In this document: piece by piece, positions 43,186 through 55,258 of the stretch
Layout of the letters: each line of letters opens with the position of its first letter
Position numbering within the stretch: the first letter of the stretch is position 1
Origin: Guillardia theta CCMP2712
Taxonomy: Eukaryota; Protista; Cryptophyta
Direction of reading: 5' to 3'
NCBI RefSeq assembly: GCF_000315625.1
Contig: NW_005434654.1
Coordinates: 128,273 to 192,272, forward strand
DNA length: 64,000 bases
Made by a program: the position numbers and the translations under genes
The notes under the pieces: generated by a model
What the model was told of the DNA's origin: nothing
The model's database searches: none
The model's input: only the letters and a program-made list of their open reading frames with translations

Positions 43186-43907
43186 ACATCCTCTCTCTAT
43201 CACACTCTCTCTATCACACTCTCTCTATCACACTCTCTCAAGATGTTCAAGTACTGTACTATTCTGTGCAACAAACTTCCAAAACTATATGTTCTATACG
43301 ATTGGACCAGGAGTCCATGACAAGTTGTGATGATTTTCCCATACGCAAACAATCTGACCTCGTAGACATTTTGGGTTTGTTTCACATCATGGATCAGTCT
43401 TGTCTAAAAGCACAAGCGTTTTTGTCAGTGCTGAAGTTACAACCAAATTTTCAGAAAGAAAGGGACAGTTGATAGCATACAGACTGACGGGGTCGCACTC
43501 TGTGTGACGTTCAAGAAGAGAATACACAACGGTACTGATATGTGGTATCGAGCAAATACATGGTCAAGAAAAACCAAAACAATATCGATATACTCGCAGA
43601 CAGTACTATTATGAGTCTCATATTACTCAGAATAAGGGCCAAGTTAGAAAAATGGAGACAAGGCATAACAGAAGAATCAAACGACATGGCACGAGTGTCA
43701 GCAAAAACGTATCGGCTGGATCACTATGAATGATACATCGACACCGTGGTGAGACTAAGCAAGATCTTGTTTGGACATTGTTGTCAAAACAAGTTTGCAC
43801 GCCTGAAAATTGATAATTATATCCCCAAACACAAGGCAATTGATATGTTCTTCATGAAGATGAAAGGTGATCGTTCAGATCAAAGTCCAATAATTGCATA
43901 CGGTGAT
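42872..43907. repeat. Inverted repeat: 314-bp arms (42872-43185 and 43594-43907) with a 408-bp spacer
   Basis: The arms are reverse complements (atcaccgtatg...gtctgcga versus tcgcagac...catacggtgat). The ORF track shows mirrored ORFs 42940..43152+ and 43627..43839-. Confidence 0.95.
43240..43907 (+). pseudogene. Fanzor1 middle part in the opposite orientation, truncated at IAYGD, RuvC-I apparently deleted
   Basis: YSVQQTSKTICSIRLDQ..., VDSIQTDGVALCVTFKK (Fanzor1-type TDGV motif), LICGIEQ..KQYRYTRRQYYYES, and on to IIAYGD. No DPG motif between TDGV and YY. Confidence 0.8.
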
Positions 43908-44551
43908 GTGCGAAAAGGAGTCAGCATTGCTGTGAAGATGCTTCTTTCTGACCCTCCAGCTTCTGTGTGTCCGTCCACCCTGACAGAAGGCAATTGAAAT
44001 GTCAGTGGTAAACCTCGTTGTTCACAGCAAGAGACGACAAGAGACGACTTTCAAGAGGACCAGGAAGAGAAGCAAGAGACGGCACGGGCACAAGCCCTCA
44101 CATGTCATACATCTATCAGGCCCTGAAACTTTGAGGGAGCACAAGTGAAGAAACCAGACGACGACTTATATCTCGACTATAATCAAGATTGATTGCTTGT
44201 CCCTCATCAGCTGCCTGATGTTATAAAAGCGCCAAGAGCTCCGAGTGACTGCCCGACACACCACCAGGCCTTGTGGTAAGCCCTGGGGTGGTAGGGGCTG
44301 GTTTAGAGGGTCCAAGGACCGGGGGGTAAGATCTGACAACTGCTGGTAACAACGGAATACTGCCTGGTGTTGGTGTGCCCCTGGCATGGCCAGGCAAGGC
44401 CGAGAGCAACAGAGGCGGCTGAGAGAAGCATGCAGCGGTTTTGTGAGAGTAGACGAAGTAAGCCAGCCTGATGCAAGTTGCATCATCTCTTTAGGACAGG
44501 CAGAGGCTCACGGACGGTGGAAGCGTCAGCCCCACAACGCATAACTGATAG

Positions 44552-47500
44552 CAATGTCGACAAAACGAAGCAAGACAAGAAGACAGGTTGTGTGCTCGAC
44601 TTGAGCATGACAGGTGGCTGTACGATGAGATTTTGCACGAGGGACGGTTGAAGATTGACATGGGCGAAACTTCCCAGGTCTTGGACTCGTCGGCAAGGAC
44701 CAGAAAGTCCTCGCACGATGAAGGAGGCAGACACGAGAGCATCCCTCATCCGAAAAGAAGCCATGTGCAGGAAGAGGCTGAAGAAATGCCCTCTTGCATT
44801 CGCATTTGCGGTGCTATGCTGCAGAGCTGCGAAAGTTTTCTAGCTTTCTCCAACCTCACAATGGCCTTCATGTCTGACAACAAAATTCATTTCATAGAGC
44901 CTCTGGCTTCCTTGCCAAATCTGAGGCTTCTTGACCTTAGCTCGAACATGGTGCAATTTTGTGCTGGTAATCACAGCAACTCATTTTTCCCGAGATTGAG
45001 CGTTTTATTTTTGCACAACAACCTCGTAAGAAAGTTACCAGATGTCCAGAGCTTTGAGAGAGCAAAACTAATGCGAGTGCTCACCATGTTTGGAAATCCC
45101 ATAGAAGAAGGGAAGGTGGACGCGCTCGAATGTTTCAATCGTTTTCCGTCTCTCCTGCTAGTCGACAACCATGTCAGAGCAGATCACTTCAAGAAACATG
45201 ACTTGCATTTGGCACCAGTTGATTCAAAAACAGTGCTGAGGACATTCTTGAGAAGAAGGTTCAAATCTCGATTGCAAAGGAAGGTCGATCATCTGTTCGA
45301 AATTTTCCGGGACCCAAGTAGAAACATTCACGACTTCGAACACTTTCAAGACATTCTGTCTCAAGTCCATCGCATTAACTCCAACTCGACGCCTTACAAT
45401 ATCATCAGTCGAGTTGCCATGGGGCATTCAGCAAGAACGAAATTCAGAATGCTGTACAGTCACTATCTCATGCCCACCATCACTCTTCAACGATGGCTCT
45501 TGTCGGCTTACTTGCGTCGTCTTGTGCACAGCTTGCTCTCCGGAGGGATAATCCATGACCAGAACATCGCCAAAAAGCTTGCAAAGCTGCCCCTGTCTGA
45601 TGATGACTTGTTGCTTCGAAGCTCAAACCTGACCATTTACTTTCATCCCAAGTATGCTGATGTGATTGAGCAGTTAGCGGCCAAATGGGGAAGCATGCAG
45701 AGCTCCTCTGATTCACCCATCTTGTACTTGTCCAACATTTTCAGCTTCCAACGTGAACGACATAGCGGAGGAAATGAGTTGTTCCGAGCTGTGCTGAGAA
45801 TGCGTCGAAGAGCGAGAACTCTGCAAGAGGCGAGTCACCTTGCGCGATTTCCAGTGAAACGATTCCGCTTGGGAAGATTGACGCATGTTGACACCAAAAC
45901 AAGAACCATTTTCCTTCAACATTTCGAACAGCATCATGGCTTTGATGCACTGCCAAGCTCTCGTTCTCAACACATCTCTCATCGCTTCTTGGTCGTCCTA
46001 AAGTTCAAAGATGAGGCGTCCAGGAATCATTTCATCAACTATATCACTTATCTTAACAGGACCATCAACAGCTCAAGTCAATCATCGATTGGATCAGTCC
46101 ACTTTCTTCTCGGTGAGAGTGTGTTGAGAGTCCATGCTGCTTGTTGCGTTCAAGCGACAGTGAGAAGATGGCTAGAGTGTCGCTCAACGAAGAGAAGCTT
46201 GAAGAAAGCCGTCCTTCTTCTTCGAAGCACGAAATCCATTCAGCACTGGTGGAGATGGACCTGTACTCGTCTGCGTACCGAAGCTCTGGCTTGTCTGGCA
46301 AAAGCTCTGACAGACAACGGGACTTCGACCACGTTGTATTGCATTTCAAACAACTTGAAGCCAAAGTTGTTGTCTCATGACAAAAGCGTCTCGTTTCTTC
46401 CGGAATCAAAGATTTCATTTGTTTTTGATGAGAACGAAGATGTTCAGGTCTTACAACCAGAGCTCGCCTCGTCAAATGGTCGAGGAGTTCTTCCCTCTTG
46501 GGTGGGTCTACAAGTCAGACTAATACCCTGGTTGCCACATGAAGCAAGTCTAAAGAGTCTGCTGACGCAAGGGACCCAGATCGATATAGCAGAAGCTGAG
46601 AGCTTGAAAGATGAAGAAGATCATGCTTTACGGTTTCCGAATCGAAGGTTGTTTGGTTCAATTCCTGTTTTGAAGTTTCACTTCAAATCGAACAACCAAG
46701 CTCGGATCAGAACTGCTCTTCTGTTCATCAAGACTTGGTCCGCGCAGAAAAGAGATCCGATATGGTTGATGAAAGCGACAGATTGCCAGCAGCATCTTAT
46801 GGCTGCTCTCATTCAGTCTGTGTATAGAGGTCACTTGAGCAGGGCGAGATGTCACAGGCTGAGGAATGTTCGTGATGTTTGGAAGATCGATCGTGTTGTG
46901 AGTAGAAGGAAGTTTGTTGAGTTAGAAAAAGCAGTAGAAAGCCAGCGACTGAGGAAAGAGCAAGTCTCTCCTCCCCCTCCCTCTCTTGCTCCTCGCATAG
47001 CAGGGGAAGACATGGGCTTGACAGGAATGACAGCGTTAGATATGACACGTGGCAGCTTGAAGGATAACATGATGAGGGCAAAGCAGTCGTTAGTGGTCTC
47101 TACCAAGTTGGATAAGATCGTTGCGGGCAAGCTGCAGGAAGAGAAGCTGATTCGCAGCAGGCCGAGTATGAAGTTCCATCCCTCTTCTCAGTCTCGAATC
47201 TTCTCGTCCCAGTCTCGAATCTTCTATTCCAATCTCGAGCTGTTCAACCTGAGCAAGCTCGAAGCGTCAGTTGTGGGCAGCCTGAAGGAGGTTGAGCTTG
47301 AGCAGGTCAGAAACAGAATCAAGACGAGGAAAGAAGTGCATCAGAACGTTATGGAGACGGCGAGCGAGTACAGAAGGTGATGTTATCCTCCGGTCTTTCT
47401 TGACTGACATGTCGTCTCAGTTCTTACCTTGAAAAATGCAAGCATGACCGCAAGGTGCAACGAGAACGCGCAGAGGTCATCAAGAGCATCAACAGCCAAC

Positions 47501-48015
47501 CCCCAACTATTCCTGCAGCTTTAAAGTCAAGGAGCCGGATCAGCAGAAACCTGTCACTGAACTTGACGAACGCGATACGAGCCATCGGTCAGTTGCCAGC
47601 CATCAACACAACAGAGAGTGTGCAGGAGGGAGAGAGGTCTCCGTCAAGACGGTCGACGGAGCTCCAGAAGGAGAAGAGTGAGTCGCTCGTCCCGAGAACG
47701 ATCCAACAGGCATGATGTAACTTGTTTGCAGGCCGTCAACGAGTAGATATCTTGCTGCAGAGGAGGAGGAGAAGCGTTGAGAGGCAGAAAGAGGCATTTG
47801 AGACCCTGAAGCATTCAAGAGAGCTGGTGAGAAAGAAGATGGACCAGTCGGCAAAGAAGACGGAGAGACCGAGTTCAACCGACGTCATAAAGTACATGGA
47901 CTACCCGTGGGATCTAACGAGCATGTCATCACAAAACGTTCAACAGTTTCATTCTGCAGGAATCAGCAGAAATCCGAGCCCTTGGCAGTCTGATATGTAC
48001 TTTATTGATCAATAA
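44552..48015 (+). CDS. Leucine-rich repeat and IQ-motif protein (LRRIQ3-like); 5' exons approximate
   Basis: LRRs include NLRLLDLSSNMV, RLSVLFLHNNLV and MRVLTMFGNPI. IQ motifs AACCVQATVRRW, IQHWWRW and AALIQSVYRGHLSR. One 930-aa exon plus short 3' exons. Confidence 0.8.
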
Positions 48016-48236
48016 AGCACTTGATGAAGTCAACAATTTATGTCGAGCCCAATGATGCATAAAAAACAATCTTTCATTTCATTTCAAAATTCACATGGAA
48101 CATACACGATTACGTGAACACGATATCATTGCTGCTGATCCCACATAAGTCGATACTGTTGTAAGAGGAGCAGATCTCAACTATCACAATCTCTTTCTCT
48201 CGATCTCTCTCACCTGAGATCTCTCTGTGACTCAGT

Positions 48237-48968
48237 CAGACAAGAGTGAGGAAGCTCACCAAGTGTGATCCCTTTGCAAGCGCTATGTCGGCGGCTTCTT
48301 CGACGTCGAAACCTTTCTTGTCTTTGAAGGCAGCTTCCATCTGCTCAATGTGCGCTCGCCTTGCCTCCATCACCTGCCACACTTGAGCCAACAACAACGC
48401 CACCACCAGCCGAAGCAGCCACAATGTCATCATCATCATCGTCGTTGTCGTCGTCGTCATCATAATCGTCATCATCATCATCATGAAAATGATCATCATC
48501 ACCATCATCATCATCATCATCATCATCATGACAATGATCATCATCATTATCATCATCATCATTATCATCATCATCATGGTCGTCGTCATCATCATAGTCA
48601 TCGTCAGATTCATCATCAACTCCATTGTTAGCCTTTAAATCATTGTTTTCTTGATCATGATCGTCTGCTCGTGCACATCTTCTTCCTCATCCTCATCGTC
48701 CTCTTCATCATCAGCATCAAGCAATCTCCCGTCACCTTCTGCATGCCTTCAGCATTTCTCAGTGGTCTTCCACGACCATGGCTATCGATATCAGGAATGT
48801 CCAAGAGCTCATTGCTGACGATCGAGCTGTCCACCTTCAACCTTCTCTGGGCGAGCAGACGCGACAAATCCGTTGGGCAGCCTTTGCCTCCTTCATGCGT
48901 CTGACTGCCTGCACGAGAAATCAACTAACAAGTTTGCGTGTCCTGATCTTACCTCCAGGTGATTCTGA

Positions 48969-49001
<33 letters not shown>

Positions 49002-49172
49002 ATTATTGAAGAGAGATAGCTTCTCTTTGACCGAGATTGACGCAGGTTTCGCTTCCTTCGTCGTTCTGCTGGCACTTGCTCTCGAAAGAAGGGCCTGCTC
49101 ATCCCATGTAGACTCGTCGTTCTCATCTGTTGCTGCTCGTCGACGAGCAAGAATCGATGCGAGATCTGTCAT
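48237..49172 (-). CDS. Hypothetical spliced low-complexity protein
   Basis: Repeated motif TDLASILARRR / TDLSRLLAQRR, a poly-Ser run, and exon VWQVMEARRAHIEQMEAAFKDKKGFDVEE. Confidence 0.45.
48427..48620. repeat. (CAT)n imperfect microsatellite, probably intronic
   Basis: Long catcatcat tract. Confidence 0.9.
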
Positions 49173-49838
49173 CCGTCAAGTTTGATCTCAATCTACAAAG
49201 ATAGTCGTGAGTAGTATGCAGGAGGAGAGTGATGTTCGCAGCTCTTTCGTCTCCTTGGTCCCACCATCTATCCTCCTCCTTAGTCTTCCTCTTGCATGAC
49301 GACGAATGATTCTTGTCAACGTGATGTACTTCCGTGCTTTTGCTGCATTACAGCACGCTCATGCTAAGGAATTCTGGTCGAACAAACCTGGTACATCTCA
49401 TGCCTATTTCAAACTTCATCTGGTGATTCATGATGCTTGCAACATCTTTCTTCTCGTCAAAGGGCTCGTCCCTTCCTCTCCCTCTTCTCCTTTCCAATCA
49501 GACGTCTTAAGCCCAGATGTCGCCTATCAACGTGTTCCAGTATCACAGTCGCTCTCTTGACTTCTCTACCTGGAGGTTTTCTCTATCATCACTCTCTGTC
49601 TCTGCGACGTTCTACCTCTCCTGCAACCTCCATGGTGGCTTCCGTTCGGCCACCTTCCACCTCTCGTCCTCTCCCTCCCGTCAGCGTCTCTTTCCCGTCG
49701 TTTTCTTCCTTCCGCTTCGAGGCGGACGAATCCTAGCTCGCATACAGGAGGGCGGTGGGTTCTATTGAAGTGGGGTCCCATACAAGAGAAAATGAGGGGT
49801 GGTGAAGGTCGGGGTGAGGGTAGAACCAATTTTTATCC

Positions 49839-51478
49839 ATGGCACGAGTGTGGCGCTGGATTCTGAGCGGGAGGTTGGGGAGGGAGGAGATGAGTGGAGT
49901 TTTCCCCCCCCCTCCTCCTCCTCTTCGTCGACTGACGCTCCAAACTTGCCCTTGCCCTCCCCCTTCCAGCTCGCTTCCATCGCCTTCGGCCTCGCCTGCT
50001 TCTACTTGGTGTTCGTATGTTCTACGAAGAGGAAGCAGGCAGGGTGGGTGGGGAAGGACGATGGTAGCAGAGCCGTGGGTAGCATGTCATGGCAGAAGAT
50101 CGTCCGAGTTGAAGGGCGTCTCACACACCATGATCTCGTTCTCAACTTCCAGCATCCTCGCACTGCCTCGGCATCTCCGCCAGTCAAGGAGATTCTCCGA
50201 CGCGGCTTCGGGGTCTGCAGCTGAAGCGTCACAGATAGAGTGGTCGGGGTTGTTCGATGAGAGGGTTAAGGCTATCATCGAGGAATGTCAGGCCCTGGAA
50301 GATGAGATGTGTAAATCAGTCACGACACCCGACCGACAAGCACATATCGGTGAGAATGTTGACATGACTGCTAAGATCGCGATGATCATTATGCTGGTGG
50401 TGATGCTTCGTCTGCTTCTGCTGCTCTTGATTATTCTGATGATATAAGTGATGGTGATGGTGATGATGATGATGATGGCGAGGATGGTGGTGATGGTGAT
50501 GGCGAGGATGGTGGTGATGGTGATGGCGAGGATGATGATGGTGAGGACAGTGATGGTGAGGATGAGGTGGGAATATGGATGCTGAGGACTGAGGTGTTGG
50601 CTTCAGGGAAGTTGCTCAAATCAAATATGAGAATAAGACAGCACGGCAGCGAGCTGATGAGCTGCTACTCGGACAGAAACGAACTTGTCAGCATCCTGTC
50701 GACCCAGAGCGAAGACGAGGAGACGAAATTAGAGTTCAAGAATGAGCTCATGACAGTAATGAAGGCTTCCTTCCGCTCTACTGCTGATCCCCCTTTAGGT
50801 CGAAGAAAGAATCAAAGATTTGCGCCGCATGCTCACTCCTCTCCTTATTCCCCGTGATCCCGACGACGATTGCGATGTGATCTTGGAGGCAAGGCTTGCT
50901 TGCTGGGTCTGACTTCCAAGTCCCTTTGTGACTGTAAGCCTCCAGGTGAGAGCAGCTGCAGGAGGAAGCGAAGCCTCTCTGTTTGCTTCAGAGATGTTTC
51001 AGATGTATCAGTTGTTCTCTGTGAGGTATGCTCCTCTCGCCTCCTTATCCCCCTCCTGCTGCTCTGTTGCTGATGCCAATTCTCCTTTGTCTTGCTCCTG
51101 CTCGTCCTTCTCCTGCTCGTGATACTTTTTCTCCTTCCCCTATCCCCAGATCTCCTTCTGCATCATCTCTATATGGCCTTACTCTATGCACCACAGGAAA
51201 GGTTGGAACTTCGAGGTGTTGGATAAGAGTGAAAGTGAAGTTGGGGGTCTGAAAGAAGCCACTGCTTCAATCACAGGAGGAGAAGAAATGTGAAAAGATT
51301 GAGATGCAGGAGTACTGTCATATTTGACATCTCTTCTACCTCAGCTACGGACTACTCAAGTTTGAAAGCGGTGTTCATCGAGTGCAGAGGGTCCCTGTGA
51401 GCGAATCATCGCAAACATGATTCATCATCATCAACAATTATCAACATGATCATCATCATCGTCATCATGACTATGATC

Positions 51479-51516
<38 letters not shown>

Positions 51517-53252
51517 AATGATGATGATCAACAAACATCATCATCGTCCCCGTCCCCGTCCTCGTCCTCGTCCTCGTGTCCCCGTCCCCGTCCTCGTCCT
51601 CGTCCTCGTCCTCTTCATTGTCATCGTCATCGTCATCAGCATCATCATCATCAACATCAACATCGTCATAGTCATCATCAACATCAACATCAACATCATC
51701 ATCAACAACAACAATCATCATCATCATCATCATCATCACACTATCACCACCAATAACAGCATGAATGCTACCATCGACATCAAAATCTTCACTGGCTCAT
51801 CATCATACTTGATCACCATCAAAAGCTTTCCGTTTCTCACTTTGTGCTAGGAGACGGAGACTATGGGGAGGGTGCACACTAGTACAGTGAGTTGATTTGT
51901 GTGTTCAATTTTCCTTTCCCCCCGGTTCAAGTCGTCTTCTCTTAATCCTATCCCCTTTCTTGAAGTATTCCCCTTCTTGTCTGCTCTTTTACAAAGCTTG
52001 TAGATCAGTGTTGCCATTATGGTCGACTCAGAGACACCAGAGTTTGCGCTGAACCCTTCGGAACTCAAAGTAAGAGCAAGAAGGAGAAGGGGGAAGGCAG
52101 GAGTAGCAGAAGCGGGCGGAATGGAGAGGAGATGGGTGTGTGAACGGCCTGACTAAGTTTTGGATGTTCTAGATCGAACTGATGAGAGCAAGCGGAGCAG
52201 GAGGACAGAGTGTGAACACCACGGATAGTGCTGTTCGCATCACTCACTTACCAACGGGAGTGAGTGTTCATTGTAGGGACGAGCGGTAAGTGAGAAATAA
52301 TGTGTAGGCGAAGAGTTATGGGAAGTGCGATGTTAGAGGAGTGACTGACTTTGATAATGTTGTTGGGAAACACGAATGTTGAGAAGCTGTAACACATATT
52401 GTGGAGGAGAGGAGAAGAATGAAGATTTCCTTCGATCTAATCAGAATCGCTTTTTTTCATCCAGATCTCAGCACAGAAACAAGGCAAAGGGATTGAAGAT
52501 TTTGCAGGCAAGGTGAGAGAAGTTACAGCAAGAACTGGTTTCATTTACTTTCACCCACCTGCTGACAACTCATCTTATTTCATCTTGGCACCTGCCATCT
52601 CTAATGATTTGTTGACGCTAAACTCTTTTTTTCAAGGCTGTATGACATTCACAAGGCAAAGATTCAGAACGAAGAGTCGATTCTGCGCAAGTGAGATGCT
52701 ACTGCTCCAAGCTCCCTTCCTTCTACTTGCTTCTTCCTGCCTGCTGAATTTCCCTTCCTTCCGCCTATTCTCTGCTTCTTGCCTCTCCTCCCTCGCTTCT
52801 CCTAAGTCCTTCCTCCCCTTGTTCCTTTCCCCTCTCTCCTCTCACCCCATGTTGCCTCCTTGTTTAGGTCCCTCATCGGCTCTGGCGATCGGTCCGAACG
52901 CATCCGAACATACAATTACGCTCAAGATCGCATCACCGACCATCGAGCCAATGTCTCTGTGCATGGGGTAGGAGGAGAGAAAGACTAAGAAGTGATGGAT
53001 TTGCTGATGACGAGCAGGTCGAAGAGTTTCTTCAAGGAGGGGAAGCGGTAGAACGCGTGATTGATGCGCTGAGGGGGAGAGAGATTGCGGATCGAATCCA
53101 AGCCTACAAGTTGAAGAATTGAGTCGCAACACAGCTACAGGACCAAGGAGGAGGTTATGTGGGGAGATCAGATGAAGAAAAAGAACAAGAGGGCTTCGAA
53201 TATTCCATTTCTTTCATCTGAACAGAGATCCTACGTCATTCACCCATCCTGA
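49839..53252 (+). CDS. prfA: Class I peptide chain release factor 1, organellar (probably mitochondrial), many introns
   Basis: VILE|[37 protein letters not shown]|[12 protein letters not shown] (PxT = PET), [25 protein letters not shown] (GGQ at 52200-52208), SQHRNKAK and [23 protein letters not shown]-rich N-terminus. Confidence 0.93.
50448..50566. repeat. (GAT/GGT)n microsatellite in an RF1 intron
   Basis: gatggtgatggtgatgatgat... including a duplicated gatggcgaggatggtggtgatggt unit. Confidence 0.85.
51420..51770. repeat. Compound (CAT)n/(CAA)n/(CGTCCY)n microsatellite in an RF1 intron
   Basis: Directly visible tandem tri- and hexanucleotide tracts. Confidence 0.9.
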
Positions 53253-53549
53253 TATCACTGAACCAGCAGTAGGAGCGGCGTTGGGAGCCACGACCTGATT
53301 CCTGATCTGATGGTCCTCGTGCTTCGAGAGCTTCAATTGAATCTTATGATCCTGCAAGCTGCTTCACTTCCTCCCATTTTCTAAAAAGGTGAAACAAAAG
53401 ACCTTCTTGGTCGCGAACCTCCTCCTTGCTTCATGCTCCTGCTCGTTTGATGGTCAAAACTGAGCTGAGCTTAACCATCCTCGCCCCTCCATCTCACTCC
53501 TCACTCATTCTCCTGCTCTTCCTCCTCCTCCTTGGTCTCATCTGAGCCC

Positions 53550-54622
53550 TCACCTTGACCTGATGGCTGTCCGAACACCCTCCGTTCTCCAGCATCTCGA
53601 TGGTGCAGGGAGCGCGTGTGCGTCTCCTCCTGTCCCTTCCCCTCTCTTGCCTAGGATGAACGAATCTTGCTTCCTCCGAGAGCTCCTACGTTGTCAGTGA
53701 GACAATGAACAAGTCACCAAAACAAATCAACTCTGCTTTCCTTGATTTGTTCTGCTCTCTCTCTCTCCTCACCTTCGACTTCTCATGTGATGCATAATCC
53801 CTTCTCGCATACTCTCTCGCATGACGAGCCTCCATAGCTTCATGCAATGTTCGCGGCGGCGCCTGACGAGTTTGAAATCTCAGGTCATGCACGACATAAT
53901 GACACACGGGGGATGACCTGGTTGACGTCTGTGATCAGAAGACCTCCATGTGACCACTGATGGTTTGCTTTCAAATCCCCGAAGATAGCGTTTGTAGTTG
54001 CTTTCATCCTCTGCTCATCTTGCTGGAATTCAGCTTTTACCTACCAGCAACGGTCAGCTTTGTCCATCTCAACAAGCTCCCTCCTCCTACAAGATTTCCC
54101 AGTCCCTTCTTGTCGGCCGCAAAAGGGTGGCGATAGGCAAAAGAAGTCTTTTGATTCTTCGCCTCTCTCTCTCTCTCCTCCCTGATCCTCTCCTGCCGAC
54201 TGGAAGCTCTCTGTACCCCATCGTTACAAATCTTCCAAGCAGGAAACATTCCTCACATGTCTTTGACTCTCATATCGCTCATGTGCTTCATCCGTTCTGC
54301 GTTCGCGGAGGATCCTCTCGACTCTTCTGTGCGCAGACCTCTTCCTCTCCTCATAATCCCTGTGCTCCCTCCTCCTATCTGCTGCTTTTTCACGCCTTTC
54401 AGCCTGCACCCTTTGCTTGTGTTCTGCGTTCTTTTCTCTTCTCTCAAGATTTCGATTCTCCTCTTGCAGGTCTCCGTGAAAATCTGCACTCTGCCCTGCC
54501 TTATACCAGTGTGCATTGCCATAGTTGGGGCTGGCTGACTTGCGCTGAGCGTCCTCCCTGTCAATTCTGGAGCCATCGTCTTCGAGCACTTCCCGCGGCA
54601 AGATGTCCTTTACATGCTGCAT
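53550..54622 (-). CDS. Hypothetical highly charged (E/R-rich) protein, spliced
   Basis: ORF 54224..54622 and further R/E-rich exons (53686..53907) on the same strand. Confidence 0.45.
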
Positions 54623-55258
54623 GAGTTTTGGAGAAGCAGGAAGGAAAGAAAGATTACAGAATCAGGAGCAGTATCACCCGGGTCATAGAAAGAGACTGCT
54701 GAGTTTGCAAACATCGAAAGATCCTCCTTTCCCTTCTGCGATATCATTTTCAGAAAAGCCGAAAAATACTTTCTGTTATGTTCACTTCTGAGGAAAAATA
54801 TAGGGTGATGGTCTCATCTTAAATAGAACATAACGAAGTTTTCATCAGGATGTTCAGGGAGGCAAGGCATTCGATGGAGACAAGTGGGAAAACGAATCGC
54901 AACGAATACCCTTCCCGTTCAACACTGGGAGAGCTGTTTCAAACAAGCAAACAGAGAGCATCTCACCGTCGACAGCTCAACCTTGCTTGTTGTCATCTGT
55001 GTTCTCACACGGTAGATGACTGGCACCATCACCAGCAGCGCCGCTGCCACCATCATCGTCGTCACCCTTGACGACATGGCAGCCATAGCGAAGAGTCAGC
55101 ACCGGCAGGTGTATCCTTGAGGATCTGTGTCCGGCTGATGATACGTTGTTTTCCGTTACATGAGAATTTCACATCAAGGCGCTCCTTGCTTCTCACCGGT
55201 CAATCAATCATTCATTGAGTGGGTGGGGGTCCTGAAGTCTAACTTGGGCAAGCACGGC

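Noticed and set aside
42872-43907. Inverted repeat read as terminal inverted repeats of a MITE or DNA transposon
   Set aside because: The arms are internal Fanzor coding sequence, the spacer is contiguous Fanzor sequence, and no target-site duplication is visible.
48236-48631. Poly-Met and poly-His ORFs (also 51431-51850)
   Set aside because: Translations of CAT microsatellites, most likely intronic.
51392-51420. Apparent variant RF1 recognition motif PVS followed by an early stop
   Set aside because: GTGAGC is a splice donor. The spliced sequence gives the canonical PxT (PET).
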